From positions 46,500,001-46,564,000 of the forward strand of contig OX597816.1 of assembly GCA_951406725.2 (NCBI GenBank): DNA of 64,000 nt, written 5' to 3'. This DNA comes from Octopus vulgaris (taxonomy: Eukaryota). The position numbers and the translations under genes were made by a program. Shown here piece after piece: positions 39,255 to 51,513 of this stretch (position 1 is the stretch's first letter; each line of letters starts with the position of its first letter). The notes beneath the pieces are model-generated. The model searched no databases. It saw only the letters and a list, made by a program, of their open reading frames with translations, and was not told where the DNA came from.

Positions 39255-39474
39255 TTACAGGGTAAATGTTTTTTTAATTTTCTCCTGGTTTGCGGAATTA
39301 ATGTTATTTTGCGGTTGAAGCTTTGGCTGTTATTTCTAGTGGGTAAATGGCCTATTATGGCCATTCCTTGATTGTGATGTTGAACTTATAAATGGTCTAT
39401 GACTATTTAATTTTTTCCCACTAGGCCGCTGGTGGCAAATAAATTCTACGAAATTTTTTGCCACCCTATATTGA

Positions 39475-39532
<58 letters not shown>

Positions 39533-39752
39533 GCATGGCTGTGTGGTTAGGGAGCTTGCTTCTTAGCTACATGGTTTCGGGTTCAGTCCCACTGCATGGC
39601 ACTTTGGGTAGGTGTCTTCCACTATAGCCCCGAGCCGACTGGAGCTTTGTGATTGAATTCGGTAGGTGGAAGTTACTGCCGTGTGTGTATGTGTGCGTAT
39701 AGCTGCTCAGTGCCTCTCCGAAAGAGAGAGAGGGGATATATATATATATATA

Positions 39753-40119
39753 CTAGCAGTATCGCCCGGCGTTGCTCAGGTTTGTAAGGGAAATAACTAT
39801 AAAGCATTTTTAGAGAGTTATAGCCAAAAAATAGCAAAAAAATGGGAAAAAAATGATGGTAAATTTTTTTTGAGAGTTAAAAAAGGTGGAGTTGCGTCCC
39901 CTAGACGGTCTGTGGTTTGGGTTTCTGATTCTCGACCCCATGTCGAATTTATCGATTTTTTTCAGAACTGGGGGAACTTTTCAAAATTTTCGCTGCGTTA
40001 GTTTTGAATTATGACATTGGGCTATGTGTGTGTCAAGTTTCATCAGAATCGGTTGAAAGCCGTGGTCAGAGTGAGGGTACGAGAAAACAGACACACAGAA
40101 AACACACAGACAAACTGCC

Positions 40120-40130
<11 letters not shown>
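39753..40130 (-). mobile_element. Non-autonomous Helitron
   Basis: Shares ~75 bp of 3' end (CTAGCAGTATCGCCCGGCGTTGCTC on plus) with 16872-17264; different interior; 5' end merges into (TA)n. Confidence 0.75.
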
Positions 40131-40164
<34 letters not shown>

Positions 40165-41620
40165 CAAAATAAGTAACAGGATTTCAAGTAGTAATACAGA
40201 ACGATCGTTTTAAGCGGTTCCATTTAAGTGAACAGTGCAATCATTGCATCAATTTAAATACAGTGCTATCTTCAGCTGCATAAATATGGATTTTCAACAG
40301 ACAAGATATATTAATATAATTTTTCTTAAATATTTTAAGAAAGCAAGAGGATGGAAGAAATTCATGTTGTCACTATTGTAGCAGAGAATAACAGACTACA
40401 ATTTTTAGAGTGGCATGGAACACAGTGGAGGTCATAGGGTTGTAATTCACTTCCAATTTATCTATCTCCTTATCATCAACAAAAATCTAAGACTAGAAGA
40501 CTGTGTATATTTAGAATAAAGGGCAAAGTGAGTTGATAGCTCCTAACTGGCTGTTGGTCATAAATTTCAGACTGTCGTAGATACCCCTCAATCCACAAGA
40601 AAAAGAAACAAAACTTTAGGAAGAGTCAATTAGATAGTAGTAAATATTTATAAAAGAGGTAGGGTAGGGACTGACATTAGTTCATGATGTTGTTACCAGT
40701 TAACTGGGCAGACTCTATGAAACTTAGGATGCTACAATGAGATCCAGGAAAACATTAGGGACTTAGTAGGAGAAAGTTTATAAACAATATAGAATGTATA
40801 GAAAGGTGGAAGAAAAACCAATAATGGTGATTTATAATGAATTAAAAATCATGTAAGAAGAAATAATTTAAGTAATTGTGTTTACATAATAACAAAATAA
40901 TTCAAGGTTATAGATAGTTATTATTTTATGGTATGACAGCAGATGTATGATTTTTAATCATTTAATTTCTAAATGTGTAAAACTTTAATGATTCATTAAG
41001 ACAGGTCAGTACAGGATAATAAGATTTGCCCCTTATTTCATACGTGAAGTAAGTTTAAGGCATACTAACTAATCTCTTCTCTTAGTTGCATCATTTTAAG
41101 AAAGTCGTTCATTTATAATCCCACCGTGTACTAGCTGTTTGCAATGGGTTGTTAAATGTTGAGCTTTGTGGTGTAAGATTAGCTAGCTGATGAAAGCAAA
41201 ACAAGCCCTTAAGGAGAAGGGACTGATATATTTATATTTAGTTATTATGCAGATACTCCTCACTAATCCTGAATATAATGACTTGAGAAGAAAAACAAAA
41301 AAAAAAAAAAACAGTGGAAACACGTGTGAAATATTTCAGAAAACTTGAGTATACACAATGATCCCCACACATATATGTGTGAATGAATATATATATATAT
41401 AGATAGATAGATAGATATTCCTGTATGTTATATTTTAATAATTACTGGTATCTTTATATATTAATATATTTTATATGTAAAGCATAATATGTTATACATG
41501 TATGTATATTCTTGTAATTGACATTTTAGTAAATAAATAAATAAGTTGACATAATGTAATGTCTAAAATTTGATGAACCACCTATTGATCCCCTCCATTT
41601 TCTTATTGCTCTCTCTCTCT

Positions 41621-41725
<105 letters not shown>

Positions 41726-41838
41726 CATATGTATGATCTGAATGATATGATATGATATGATATATATGTAAAAAATGTAATATATAAATAAATATCTATA
41801 AATATGAACCATCCGATCTGATTACCTCATTTTTTCTA

Positions 41839-41889
<51 letters not shown>

Positions 41890-42661
41890 TATGTGTGTAT
41901 GTATATATATATATATATATATATGTAGGTATGTATGTGTATGCATATATATACATAGATAGATAGATATAGATATAGATATATATTAATATATATAACT
42001 ATCTACAAACATACGTATATCATCATCATCATATTTAAAGTTCGTTTTTCAAGCTGGCATGGGTCAGATGTCTTGACAGGAACTGGTAAGGCCAGGGGCT
42101 GCACTAAATTCCTTAGTCTGTTTTTGCTTGGTTCCTAGGGTTGGATACCCTTCCTAACACCAACCGCTTCACAGAGAGTGCTGGGTGTTTTTATGTAGCA
42201 CCATCATCAGTCCTTTTTTAAGTGGCACCAACACCAGTGCTTTTTACATGGCACCAGCAATATATACGTGTGTGCGTGCATGTGTGTGAGTGAGTGAGTG
42301 TGTGTGTGTGTGTATATTTGATTAATGAGAGATATGGAAGATGGAAGATACAAGAATGTTTATTGATCACTACAATTGTTTTGACCCATCTAGCATCGAT
42401 TCCTCATGGGTGGGATACTGAACTAGAGTACTTGAGCCATCAATAATCTTTTCTATAGTATACCAATAGTATATCTATTGTGTCGGCAGTGTGCTGGCAG
42501 AATTGTTAGCATGCTGAGCAAAATGTTTAGTGGCAATTTCATCTGTCTTTATGTACTGAGTTCAAATTCCTCCAAGGTCAACAGTGCTTTTCACCCTTTC
42601 ATGGTTAATAAAATAATTACTAGTTGAACATTGGGGTCAATATAATCAACTTAACTACTCC

Positions 42662-42855
42662 TGGGTAAGAATATAAAAAAACTGCATCTCTCTGCCAAGC
42701 TATGTTGAGCCAATGTGACAGAATAGCCTCATCAAACCGGTATTATCTCAAGCTCAAACTCACGATCTCCACATCAAACTGTGGTTGGTGGAGAGAATAT
42801 GCTGAGGCCATCGTCCTACAGTGGACTGAACATATGCAATCCAATCCAATCCAAT
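42662..42855 (+). mobile_element. Retroposon 3' end with (CAATC)n tail (RTE-like)
   Basis: Homologous to 57306-57495; ends ...AEAIVLQWTE followed by CAATC repeats. Confidence 0.6.
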
Positions 42856-43461
42856 ATTTATTGTATCAACACTAATTCAAAACAGTGGAGGTAAAAACAT
42901 AATTTAGTAAGGTATCAGCTATCTCTTCTGCTTTTGCTTGCTTGAGCCCTCAACTTCTGATTGAGTAATAAGGGTGTCACTGTGACATTTTGTAACTACT
43001 GTTCTACTCCTAAATTGTCATCTATCCATTCCTTCAATTTGTCCATCCCTCTTTTCTTCTCTTCATCAACTTTTTTCCTCTCCAGTGGTTCCTTGAAAAA
43101 ATGATCATCGCAAGACAACTGGATCTTGTTACATGGTCATGCTTTCTCAGCACTCTGCTCTTTATGAAGAATTAAAATATTTATCTTAAAATATTAGAAG
43201 AAATATTGATTTCAAATTTTGGCACAAGGCCAGAAATTTGGGGGAAGAGGGTAAATCGATTAAATTGACCCCACTGCTCAACTGGTACTTATGCTATCAA
43301 CTCCGAAAGGATGAAATGCAAAGTTGACTTCAACAGAATTTGGACTCAGAACATAAAGATGGATAAAATGCCATTAAGCACTTTGCCCAATGAGCTAACA
43401 ATTCTGTAGGTTCACTGCTCTGATTGGAAGAAATATTGGTTGTTCAACTTGGTGCAATTAA

Positions 43462-43669
43462 CCCTTTAGCATTTAAACTGGCCATACATGGCCAAAATAT
43501 TCTTGTTTAATGTTCTGGTCTTTTACACTTACTCTACTCTACAATATCATACTAAATGTAAACAATCATGTCATTGAAATCTCAAAGCTACAAGATAATG
43601 TATGATTAATTCAAGGGAATATTAATAAATATACATTATATTTACAAGAATAATCTAAATGCTAAAGGG
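43462..43669. mobile_element. piggyBac-like MITE (family 1)
   Basis: TTAA-CCCTTTAGCATT...AATGCTAAAGGG-TTGA; homologous to the 60277 and 61603 copies. Confidence 0.8.
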
Positions 43670-43823
43670 TTGATAATATAATGAAAACTTCAATGAGCAA
43701 TAATTTTCTGGACAAAATCAGTAACCCAAAGTTAATTTTTATGAGCCAATTAGGGAGCCCTTATCTCATTACTTAATCTGCAGGAAATAGCAGCCACATC
43801 CCTCTCAAGTATACTTACAATGT

Positions 43824-44210
43824 AGTGGAGGCGCAATGGCCCAGTGGTTAGGGCAGCGGACTCGCGGTCGGAGGATCGCGGTTTCGATTCCCAGACCGGG
43901 CGTTGTGAGTGTTTATTGAGCGAAAACACCTAAAGCTCCACGAGGCTCCGGCAGGGATGGTGGTGATCCCTGCTGTACTCTTTCACCACAACTTTCACTC
44001 ACTCTTACTTCCTGTTTCTGTTGTACCTGTATTTCAAAGGGCCGGCCTTGTCACTCTCTGTGTCACGCTGAATATCCCCGAGAACTACGTTAAGGGTACA
44101 CGTGTCTGTGGAGTGCTCAGCCACTTACACGTTAATTTCACGAGCAGGCTGTTCCGTTGATCGGATCAACCGGAACCCTCGTCGTCGTAACCGACGGAGT
44201 GCTTCCATCC
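43824..44210 (+). mobile_element. Young full-length tRNA-derived SINE (family D)
   Basis: A box TGGCCCAGTGG, B box GGTTTCGATTCCC; CpG-rich; perfect 11-bp TSD ACTTACAATGT (43813-23, 44211-21). Confidence 0.88.
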
Positions 44211-44867
44211 ACTTACAATGTTGAAAACAGAAAGAACATGTTAGATAATGTAGTCCTAAGTACTCCTGAAAAGACTTGACAGCCATGGTTCATGGTTGGT
44301 ATGCCTTTGATCATAGATCAGAATGAACATAGCAAGGTAGGAGAAGGAGTAGCGTTAAACAACAGTTTTATTTTTAAATGGTTCAATTCCAGTATGTACT
44401 GCTACATTGGAATAACTAACTCAACTGCATAGTTTTTAATCACTCAGTGGTAACACTGTAAAATTGACAAGCCATTCATCAACCTGTTTCAAACAAGAGT
44501 TTCCTTGATACAGTGATCAGACTGATACTAATGACAGGCTGTATTGCTGCTCACAGTGTAGCTAAAGATTAGACTCACACCCCACTGCATTCTATATTTA
44601 ACCCATTTTAATTAATTTTGAGGTTGTGTCCCCTGCCTTGTTTGATCAGAATTAGTAAATTAAATAATGATTGTTTACAAGAGTGCAATTTAATTTCTAA
44701 GCTTACTATACTACATCAAGTATGCCAGTAATCTCTTTATTAATCAAATAATCAGCTAACTCTAATATTTGAGTGAACTGACATTCAGGGAACTCATACT
44801 CTTTCTTGGAAGTACAGAAAGGGGCACAGAAAAACACTTCTTCCTATATGTGTGAGTATATATATAG

Positions 44868-45125
44868 CCTCGCCTGGCCCCCGTGCCGGTGGCACGTAAA
44901 AAGCACCATCCGAGCGTGGCCGTTCGCCAGCCTCGTCTGGCACCTGTGCCGGTGGCACGTAAAAAGCACCCACTACACTCACGGAGTGGTTGGCGTTAGG
45001 AAGGGCATCCAGCTGTAGAAACACTGCCAGGTCTGACTGGCCTGGTGCAGCCTTCGGGCTTCTCAGACCCCAGTTGAACCGTGCAACCCATGCTAGCATG
45101 GAAAGCGGACGTTAAACGATGATGA

Positions 45126-45128
<3 letters not shown>
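44868..45128 (+). mobile_element. Retroposon family C (others at ~19406-19583, 42020-42260, 58758-59230, minus strand)
   Basis: Homology to family C; (GAT)n tail running into (TA)n. Confidence 0.8.
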
Positions 45129-45186
<58 letters not shown>

Positions 45187-45655
45187 CGCAGCTAAGGGTG
45201 TGTGGTCGAGAAATTTGCTTCCCAACCACATAATTTCGGGTTCAGTCCCACTGTGTGGCACCTTAGGCAAGTGTCTTCTACAATAGCCCATGGTCGATCA
45301 AAGCCTTGTAAATGGATTTAGTAAACAGAACATAGAAGCTTGTTGTTGTTGTTGTATGTGTGTGTTCATTTGTGGAAACTAAAAATGAACAACAAACAAT
45401 CTTCTGTTAACTTCACCAAAGATGGTGTGTATTCACCACAATAATCATTTCTTAACATGGTCAAAAAGATTACGTGAAAATTAACTTATTCACTGACAGC
45501 GTCACGCAACTGACATGATAACATAAACGAAGAGAAATCGTGATGTAATTTCGAATCAGCAGTAAATAAGAATCGTTTATTGATACTTTGACTATTGGTG
45601 TTAACTTTATATTTTGTTATACATAGTGTTATTCTTTTAATGGGTGTTCACCATA

Positions 45656-45860
45656 CCTATTTCTTTATTACCCACAAGGGGCTAAACACAGAGGGGACAA
45701 ACAAGGACAGACATAGGTATTAAGTCGATTACATCGACCCCAGTGCGTAATTGGTACTTAATTTATCGACCCCGAAAGGATGAAAGGGAAAGTCGACCTC
45801 GGCAGAATTTGAACTCACAACGTAACGCAGACGAAATACCGCTAAGCATTTCGCCCGGCG
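45656..45860 (-). mobile_element. SINE family B (young)
   Basis: Homology to family B. Confidence 0.85.
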
Positions 45861-46220
45861 ATAGCCAAACCATACCGCGATAGCCAAACCACACCCTACC
45901 GTTGGATAATGCGCTTCTTGATTCCCTTACACATAGGAAAAAGACGAGATGGTCACAGTTAGAATGCTTTTGATCATGGGTTAATTGAATAAAACTGACC
46001 TGGGATTAAATAACCACAGCAAAATAATGTTTACTAAACAAGGAAAAAGTCGCAATAAATGATTGATTTTTCTATTGTATTGTTTCAGGTAAGAAATATT
46101 TAATAAAATGTGATTCCCCCCACCACCACCACCACATATAAATAACTGCTATTATATAAATTCTGTTCAGGTCATATCTTATAATTTAATAAGCGACTTA
46201 AAATATTATTTATTGTATTT

Positions 46221-46788
46221 GGCCATTCCAAGACACTTGTTTGATAGCAACGCATCCATCCCCGTTCAACTCTTTATAATAATATCTAGGAAATATACTA
46301 TGAATCATTTATTGTCATTTAGTTTCTGGCACAACCACCAAAATTATGGCTATTTTGTGATAATTTGATGTTTCCCCTACTAAATGACAGATGCTTTTTT
46401 TTTTTTTAGGTTTTTGTATACACCATCACTTTCGAACAGTTAGAAGCACCGTCTTTGGTCAAATTATCCAAATAAATCTTCAATTCCAAACGCCACTATG
46501 AATGCAAGACACCCTAATTGAGAACAATACTCGATCAGGAATTGAAACCGAAGAGATAAGCATCTAGCAAAAGGTTATGTGCGTACTCAGTTTGTCAGGT
46601 GCTTATTTCGTTCTTCGACTGTCTCATACAGCAGGAGGGGTGTAAAGAATATAATCATATCTATTATGTTAAACGTTGTGCTGGAAACTAAATGACTATA
46701 AACGAACGATAGTATATTTCCTATATATTATTATAAAGAGTTGAACGGGATAGATGCGATGATATCAAACAAGTGTCTTGGAATGGCC
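46221..46788. mobile_element. Long-TIR MITE
   Basis: ~80-bp imperfect TIRs GGCCATTCCAAGACACTTGTTTGATA / TATCAAACAAGTGTCTTGGAATGGCC; no clear TSD. Confidence 0.7.
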
Positions 46789-47551
46789 GGATAATTCTTC
46801 TTATGAGCTTGTCAGAGATATTCCAGCGCTAAACGATAATCAGTGCAGAGTAAGATAAAAAATACGGATTATGTAACGAATCGAAAACGTTTCATAACTA
46901 CTATTATTATTATTAATATTTAGATGTAAGAACTTTAAAAAATGATAATCATTTTAGCACTAAGAGTAATTTAAAATTGGAAGAAAAAAGAAATCAACTT
47001 TACAAAAGGCATGATTTTTTTAAATAATTTACTTCAATGTTTAAGTTCAATCACGAATCAGTACGGGGAAGTAGCGAAACGAAACGTTTTGTATTACGAT
47101 TTGCTTTTTACATTTACTACTAGAAGCGTCGTCGTTAACGGTAAACAGAACTTAGAGAAAGTGGAGCGAAAGCTATGAGTAGCCAGCTCCTCTTAACTAA
47201 TGCTACAGTTACTTCCACGTTACTATTACATATTGGATTGACATTGTTCCTACAGCAATAGTATCTGGACTACATACATAAAACATGTGGCTGGTAAGAA
47301 ATATATTTCGGAGATATTTCTAATTTATGTATATTTTTGTTATCTTATTTTCAGGTGCGTCGGCGATACATGTTAATTATATTTAGTAAAATAGCAATTT
47401 AATATGAACGTTGTGTTGTTTATAGTCACATTTTATATAGTAACATTATATATATATATATGTATATATATACGGTACTAGTGTCGTAGACTTGGACCCG
47501 GTTTGTGCACAATATACACATATATAGGGGGCTAATGTCTTAACCTCCGCC

Positions 47552-47877
47552 TATATATACATACACATACATATATATATACACACATATATATATATAC
47601 ACACATATATATATATACACACATATATATATATATACACACATATATATATATATACACACATATATATATACACACACATATATATACACACACATAT
47701 ATACACACACACATATACACACACATATATATACACACACATATATATATACACACACATATATATATACACACACATATATATATACACACACATACAT
47801 ACATATATACACATATATATATATATACATACACACATGTATATATATGTATATACATACACATACATACATACACA
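47552..47877. repeat. Compound (TA)n(CA)n micro/minisatellite
   Basis: Alternating TATATA/CACACA blocks. Confidence 0.95.
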
Positions 47878-48662
47878 ACTCAGACAAATATACACACACG
47901 TATATGAGTGTGTGCAAATACATAAATAATTTAATATGTATGAGCCTAAACATGTTAAAAGTTTTACGATACAAGTTTAGCTGTGTAATTACTTTTCGTT
48001 ATGAAGACCTTTCTTTATCGGGAGTGATTCGTTTCATATCTAGTTTCAAATGGTTAACAACATTTTTGTTACTTAACATGTATATATATTTTTTTATTTC
48101 TGTATAGTTTTAATTTTACTTAGAACTTACCGTGGCCCGGTTTCGGCGTGTACGCGCATAAAAAAGACACTAAAACTAATATTAGTTTCTTGCCGAAGAC
48201 TATTAACCCAATGAATTCATATCCTGATATAATTTTTCTTTCTCGTAATAATTATTACAGTCTTTCTGCTATGAAGTATCTGAAGTATTTTTTTTTTTAG
48301 ACCCAGATTTAAATCGATCTGCCCTTCACATCCTCTCTAGCTCGACCGCCTTTCTGTACTGTTTTTCCTAAGTTTCTGAACATTTCAATCTTTCACTGTT
48401 GCATTTTATAATTATCTTAATACTGATACTATACCCTTCGAATTTCTTTTGAATTTTCTCGACTTCTATAGTCAATTCTTCATACATTTAAGCAGACCAT
48501 TTTCACATAGGCATTTCATTTCAACAATTCGCGCTTTATTTTTGTTATTCTTCTCTTTTGCATACGGTTGGGCACTCTAGTTCTTAAAATATTAATTTTT
48601 GTTTTAAATAGTTCTTGCATTATAGATGGTCCTACTGCGCTAAATATTATTCTAGTGCAATG

Positions 48663-48705
<43 letters not shown>

Positions 48706-49182
48706 TAAATTAGAGATAAAACCACTATTAGGCAAGTCAAACAGTGAAAAACATAAGCCAATACATAAAATTAATTAAAAAATATAAAAAGATAAATATA
48801 TATATACATACATATATGTATGTGTGTGTATGCGCGTGCATACACAAAATCATTCACCATTAATTTTAATAGTTTCACAAGTAAATTATTAACGTGTGTA
48901 TACTCACACACACACAAATACTTCTAAGCGTAAAAAGCATGTATGTATTCAAATGGTATTGGAGGTGTGAATAACATACATACAAATATTACACACAAAT
49001 TTAATCAGAACAATAGAGAAGTAGAGCATATCTCAATCGTAATACAAGTTATTCATTCCCAAGTTCACGGGTGGATGGTTGATATATATAAAAAAATTCC
49101 CCACTATTAAACAATCCGTCCTTTTCTATCGTGATTACATGTCTAATTTTTAGTTTTCTTTAATATATATATAAAGGATATC

Positions 49183-49216
<34 letters not shown>

Positions 49217-51481
49217 TTCCTTTTGGGATTACTAATTCGCTGTACGTTTCCGACACCTATTGATAGTTTAGAAGGGACCATCGCCATTGTGTGATGAAGC
49301 TGCGAAGAGAAGAGAGATACTGGCAGGCAGACAGGAGGAAGGAACCATGGCACCGACTATAAGCATGCAAGGGAGAAAGGAACTGTTGCTTTGTTCGTTC
49401 TAAGAGTTCGCTAGCTGTTGGAGCGATCGATCATTACTCATCGATTCTGTTTACTTTCTTCCGACGGATTCTTGTTTCTTCCTTCAAAATAGTGCATCTC
49501 TGCAGACCCTTATTAAAAAGATAAATAGAAGTGATGCGAGCACGCATGTATAATTACACACACACACACACATCAATGAGTTTATTTGGTCAGAAGATCT
49601 AGTAGAAATAGCAACCAAAGCTTTTTTTTTTTTTTTTTAAATCGCATTATTGCACTTTTAGAAGAAAAAAAGGTTAAGATATAGAGATATTTTGCGATAA
49701 TATCTCACAATAAATCTTTTCTGAAATGACTGAATGATCATCTTTCTCTCTGTTCGACCTGGTGTTATACACACGCGAATTCGAGAGGAATAAAATCATT
49801 GCAAACCAATAATAAAAAACATTTATTTTATTATTTTTATGCAGTTTAATAAAAATTTTATGAGGAAACAGTGTGCGTGCGTGTGTGATTCCAAGTCAAC
49901 ATGTTTTTGAATGGTTAATATGTGCTTTCCGCGATGTAATTGTTATATTTGGCCATTTAACGTAATTTATGACTTTAATTAAATTATATATAAAAAAATA
50001 ATTATACCATTATATATTAATGGCGGTGCCCCAGCATGGCCACAGCTCGTGAGCTGAAACTAAATGAAATGAAATGTACTTCTTTTATGATTCCCTTATC
50101 CAGTGTTAAATGTGAACTCTGTAAGAATACGATTTTGTTGTTGGTTTCTTTGGAATTCTTGTCTCCGCGACAAAATTCTTTTACCCTTTTCCTTATTGAA
50201 CCGATAAATCTCATTGGAAAATGTTTTTATTTACTACTACTGTATAACAAACAACATTCTTGGGCAAACTGAATCGGTGACCCCGTTTTATTTACCGTTT
50301 CCCTTCTAAACTTTACCATGCTGTTGGTAAAGGCATAAACATCACAACCATTCCAAGACCGACAGGTTCTAATAAACCCACCCATTTATATATGTGCTGT
50401 GTGTGTGTGTTTGTGTATATATGGTAGTGATGTGAACGTAGAGCTATGAGAATTAAGTCAGCGAACCGGTTTTGTTTGAGCAACTGCTGTAGCTGCTTTA
50501 CTTAAATTGTTCATGGGAAACGAATGAACTCCACAACATCTATTTACTCTTCACTATCCCTACGTGACCATGTGCCTTTGAGAGATATCGCAACATATAC
50601 AACGCCATTCATTGCTTTTTATTTGTTTGTTTTTCATTCAATAGCAGTGTGTTGCACATTCTTGCATATTCCAACTGGTTTCCCCATTGTTGAATGCTTA
50701 GCAAAGTGTTGCATGCTGGCTGCTCGTTTTCGCAGAACTGTAGCAGACTGGCATAATATTTCGGAAGCCATTTCTCCTAGAGTATCATTCTTCATCGCTG
50801 ATCCATCGAATTTTTCATTTGTTTTCCTTCTCTCTCTCTCTTTCTCACTCGTCTCTCTATTTCTGTTTGAGATTAATTCTTTGATAGAAAAAAAACATAT
50901 ACAATAGACGATAGCTTAGATATTAAAAAAAAAAAAATTATGTTGAAAAATTTATGTATTCTGAAATAAATAAATAAATGAATGAATGGCAGATTTATAT
51001 ATAATGGTAAATCTGGTGGATAATTCCGAAGCTGAGAAATTATACATCTGTTTCTAATTACTATTGCTGTATATTTTGTTTCCAAATCAGATGTACCGTT
51101 TTCAAATAAGGATTTAGGTTGAAAAAAATCGTTGAAGATGTTTTTGGTTTTATTTCAAACCATCTTCTCAAATGTATATTACCCTTTTATTTTTTTTTTT
51201 TTTTAAGGAATATGATTCTAAGATTCCAAAATTTCTAAAATGTTAACTCATTACTTGAAATTTATGTTCTTATAAATACTGGTTGTTTTTTGGTTCAATC
51301 TCACTAGGGTGGGGAGAGAAAGCTTTTACGGACTACTGATGAATGCTTTGTGAGTGTATAATACATATTGTGTGTGGTACAAGGCCTGAAATTTGAGGAA
51401 GCGTACAAGTCGATTATATCAGCTCTAGAATTTATAACAAATGATGTATCTTTTCTATTATATTATAGAAGAGGGATTATG

Positions 51482-51513
<32 letters not shown>

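Larger units (their letters stand above)
37009..39480. mobile_element. Tandem/inverted array of a ~484-bp hammerhead-containing unit (retrozyme / Penelope pLTR-like)
   Basis: CATCACAATCAAGG at 37009 recurs at 37493. Its reverse complement GATTGTGATG recurs at 38401, 38886 and 39370 (period 484-485). Blocks: forward 37009-37800, reverse ~37801-37940, forward ~37976-38298, reverse ~38299-39480. Flanked by (TA)n on both sides; no long ORF; five hammerhead motifs. Confidence 0.85.

Noticed and set aside
42365-42448. Minus-strand hammerhead-like relic (TGATGG...AAAA-CAATTG-TA); similar weak hits near 7195-7230 and 1140-1190
   Set aside because: Core residues are mutated and stem register is inconsistent; not supportable without a consensus.
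50524-50907. 127-aa ORF in unique sequence (and a 53-aa antisense ORF)
   Set aside because: No recognisable domain or splice context; the end runs into CT-rich low complexity.
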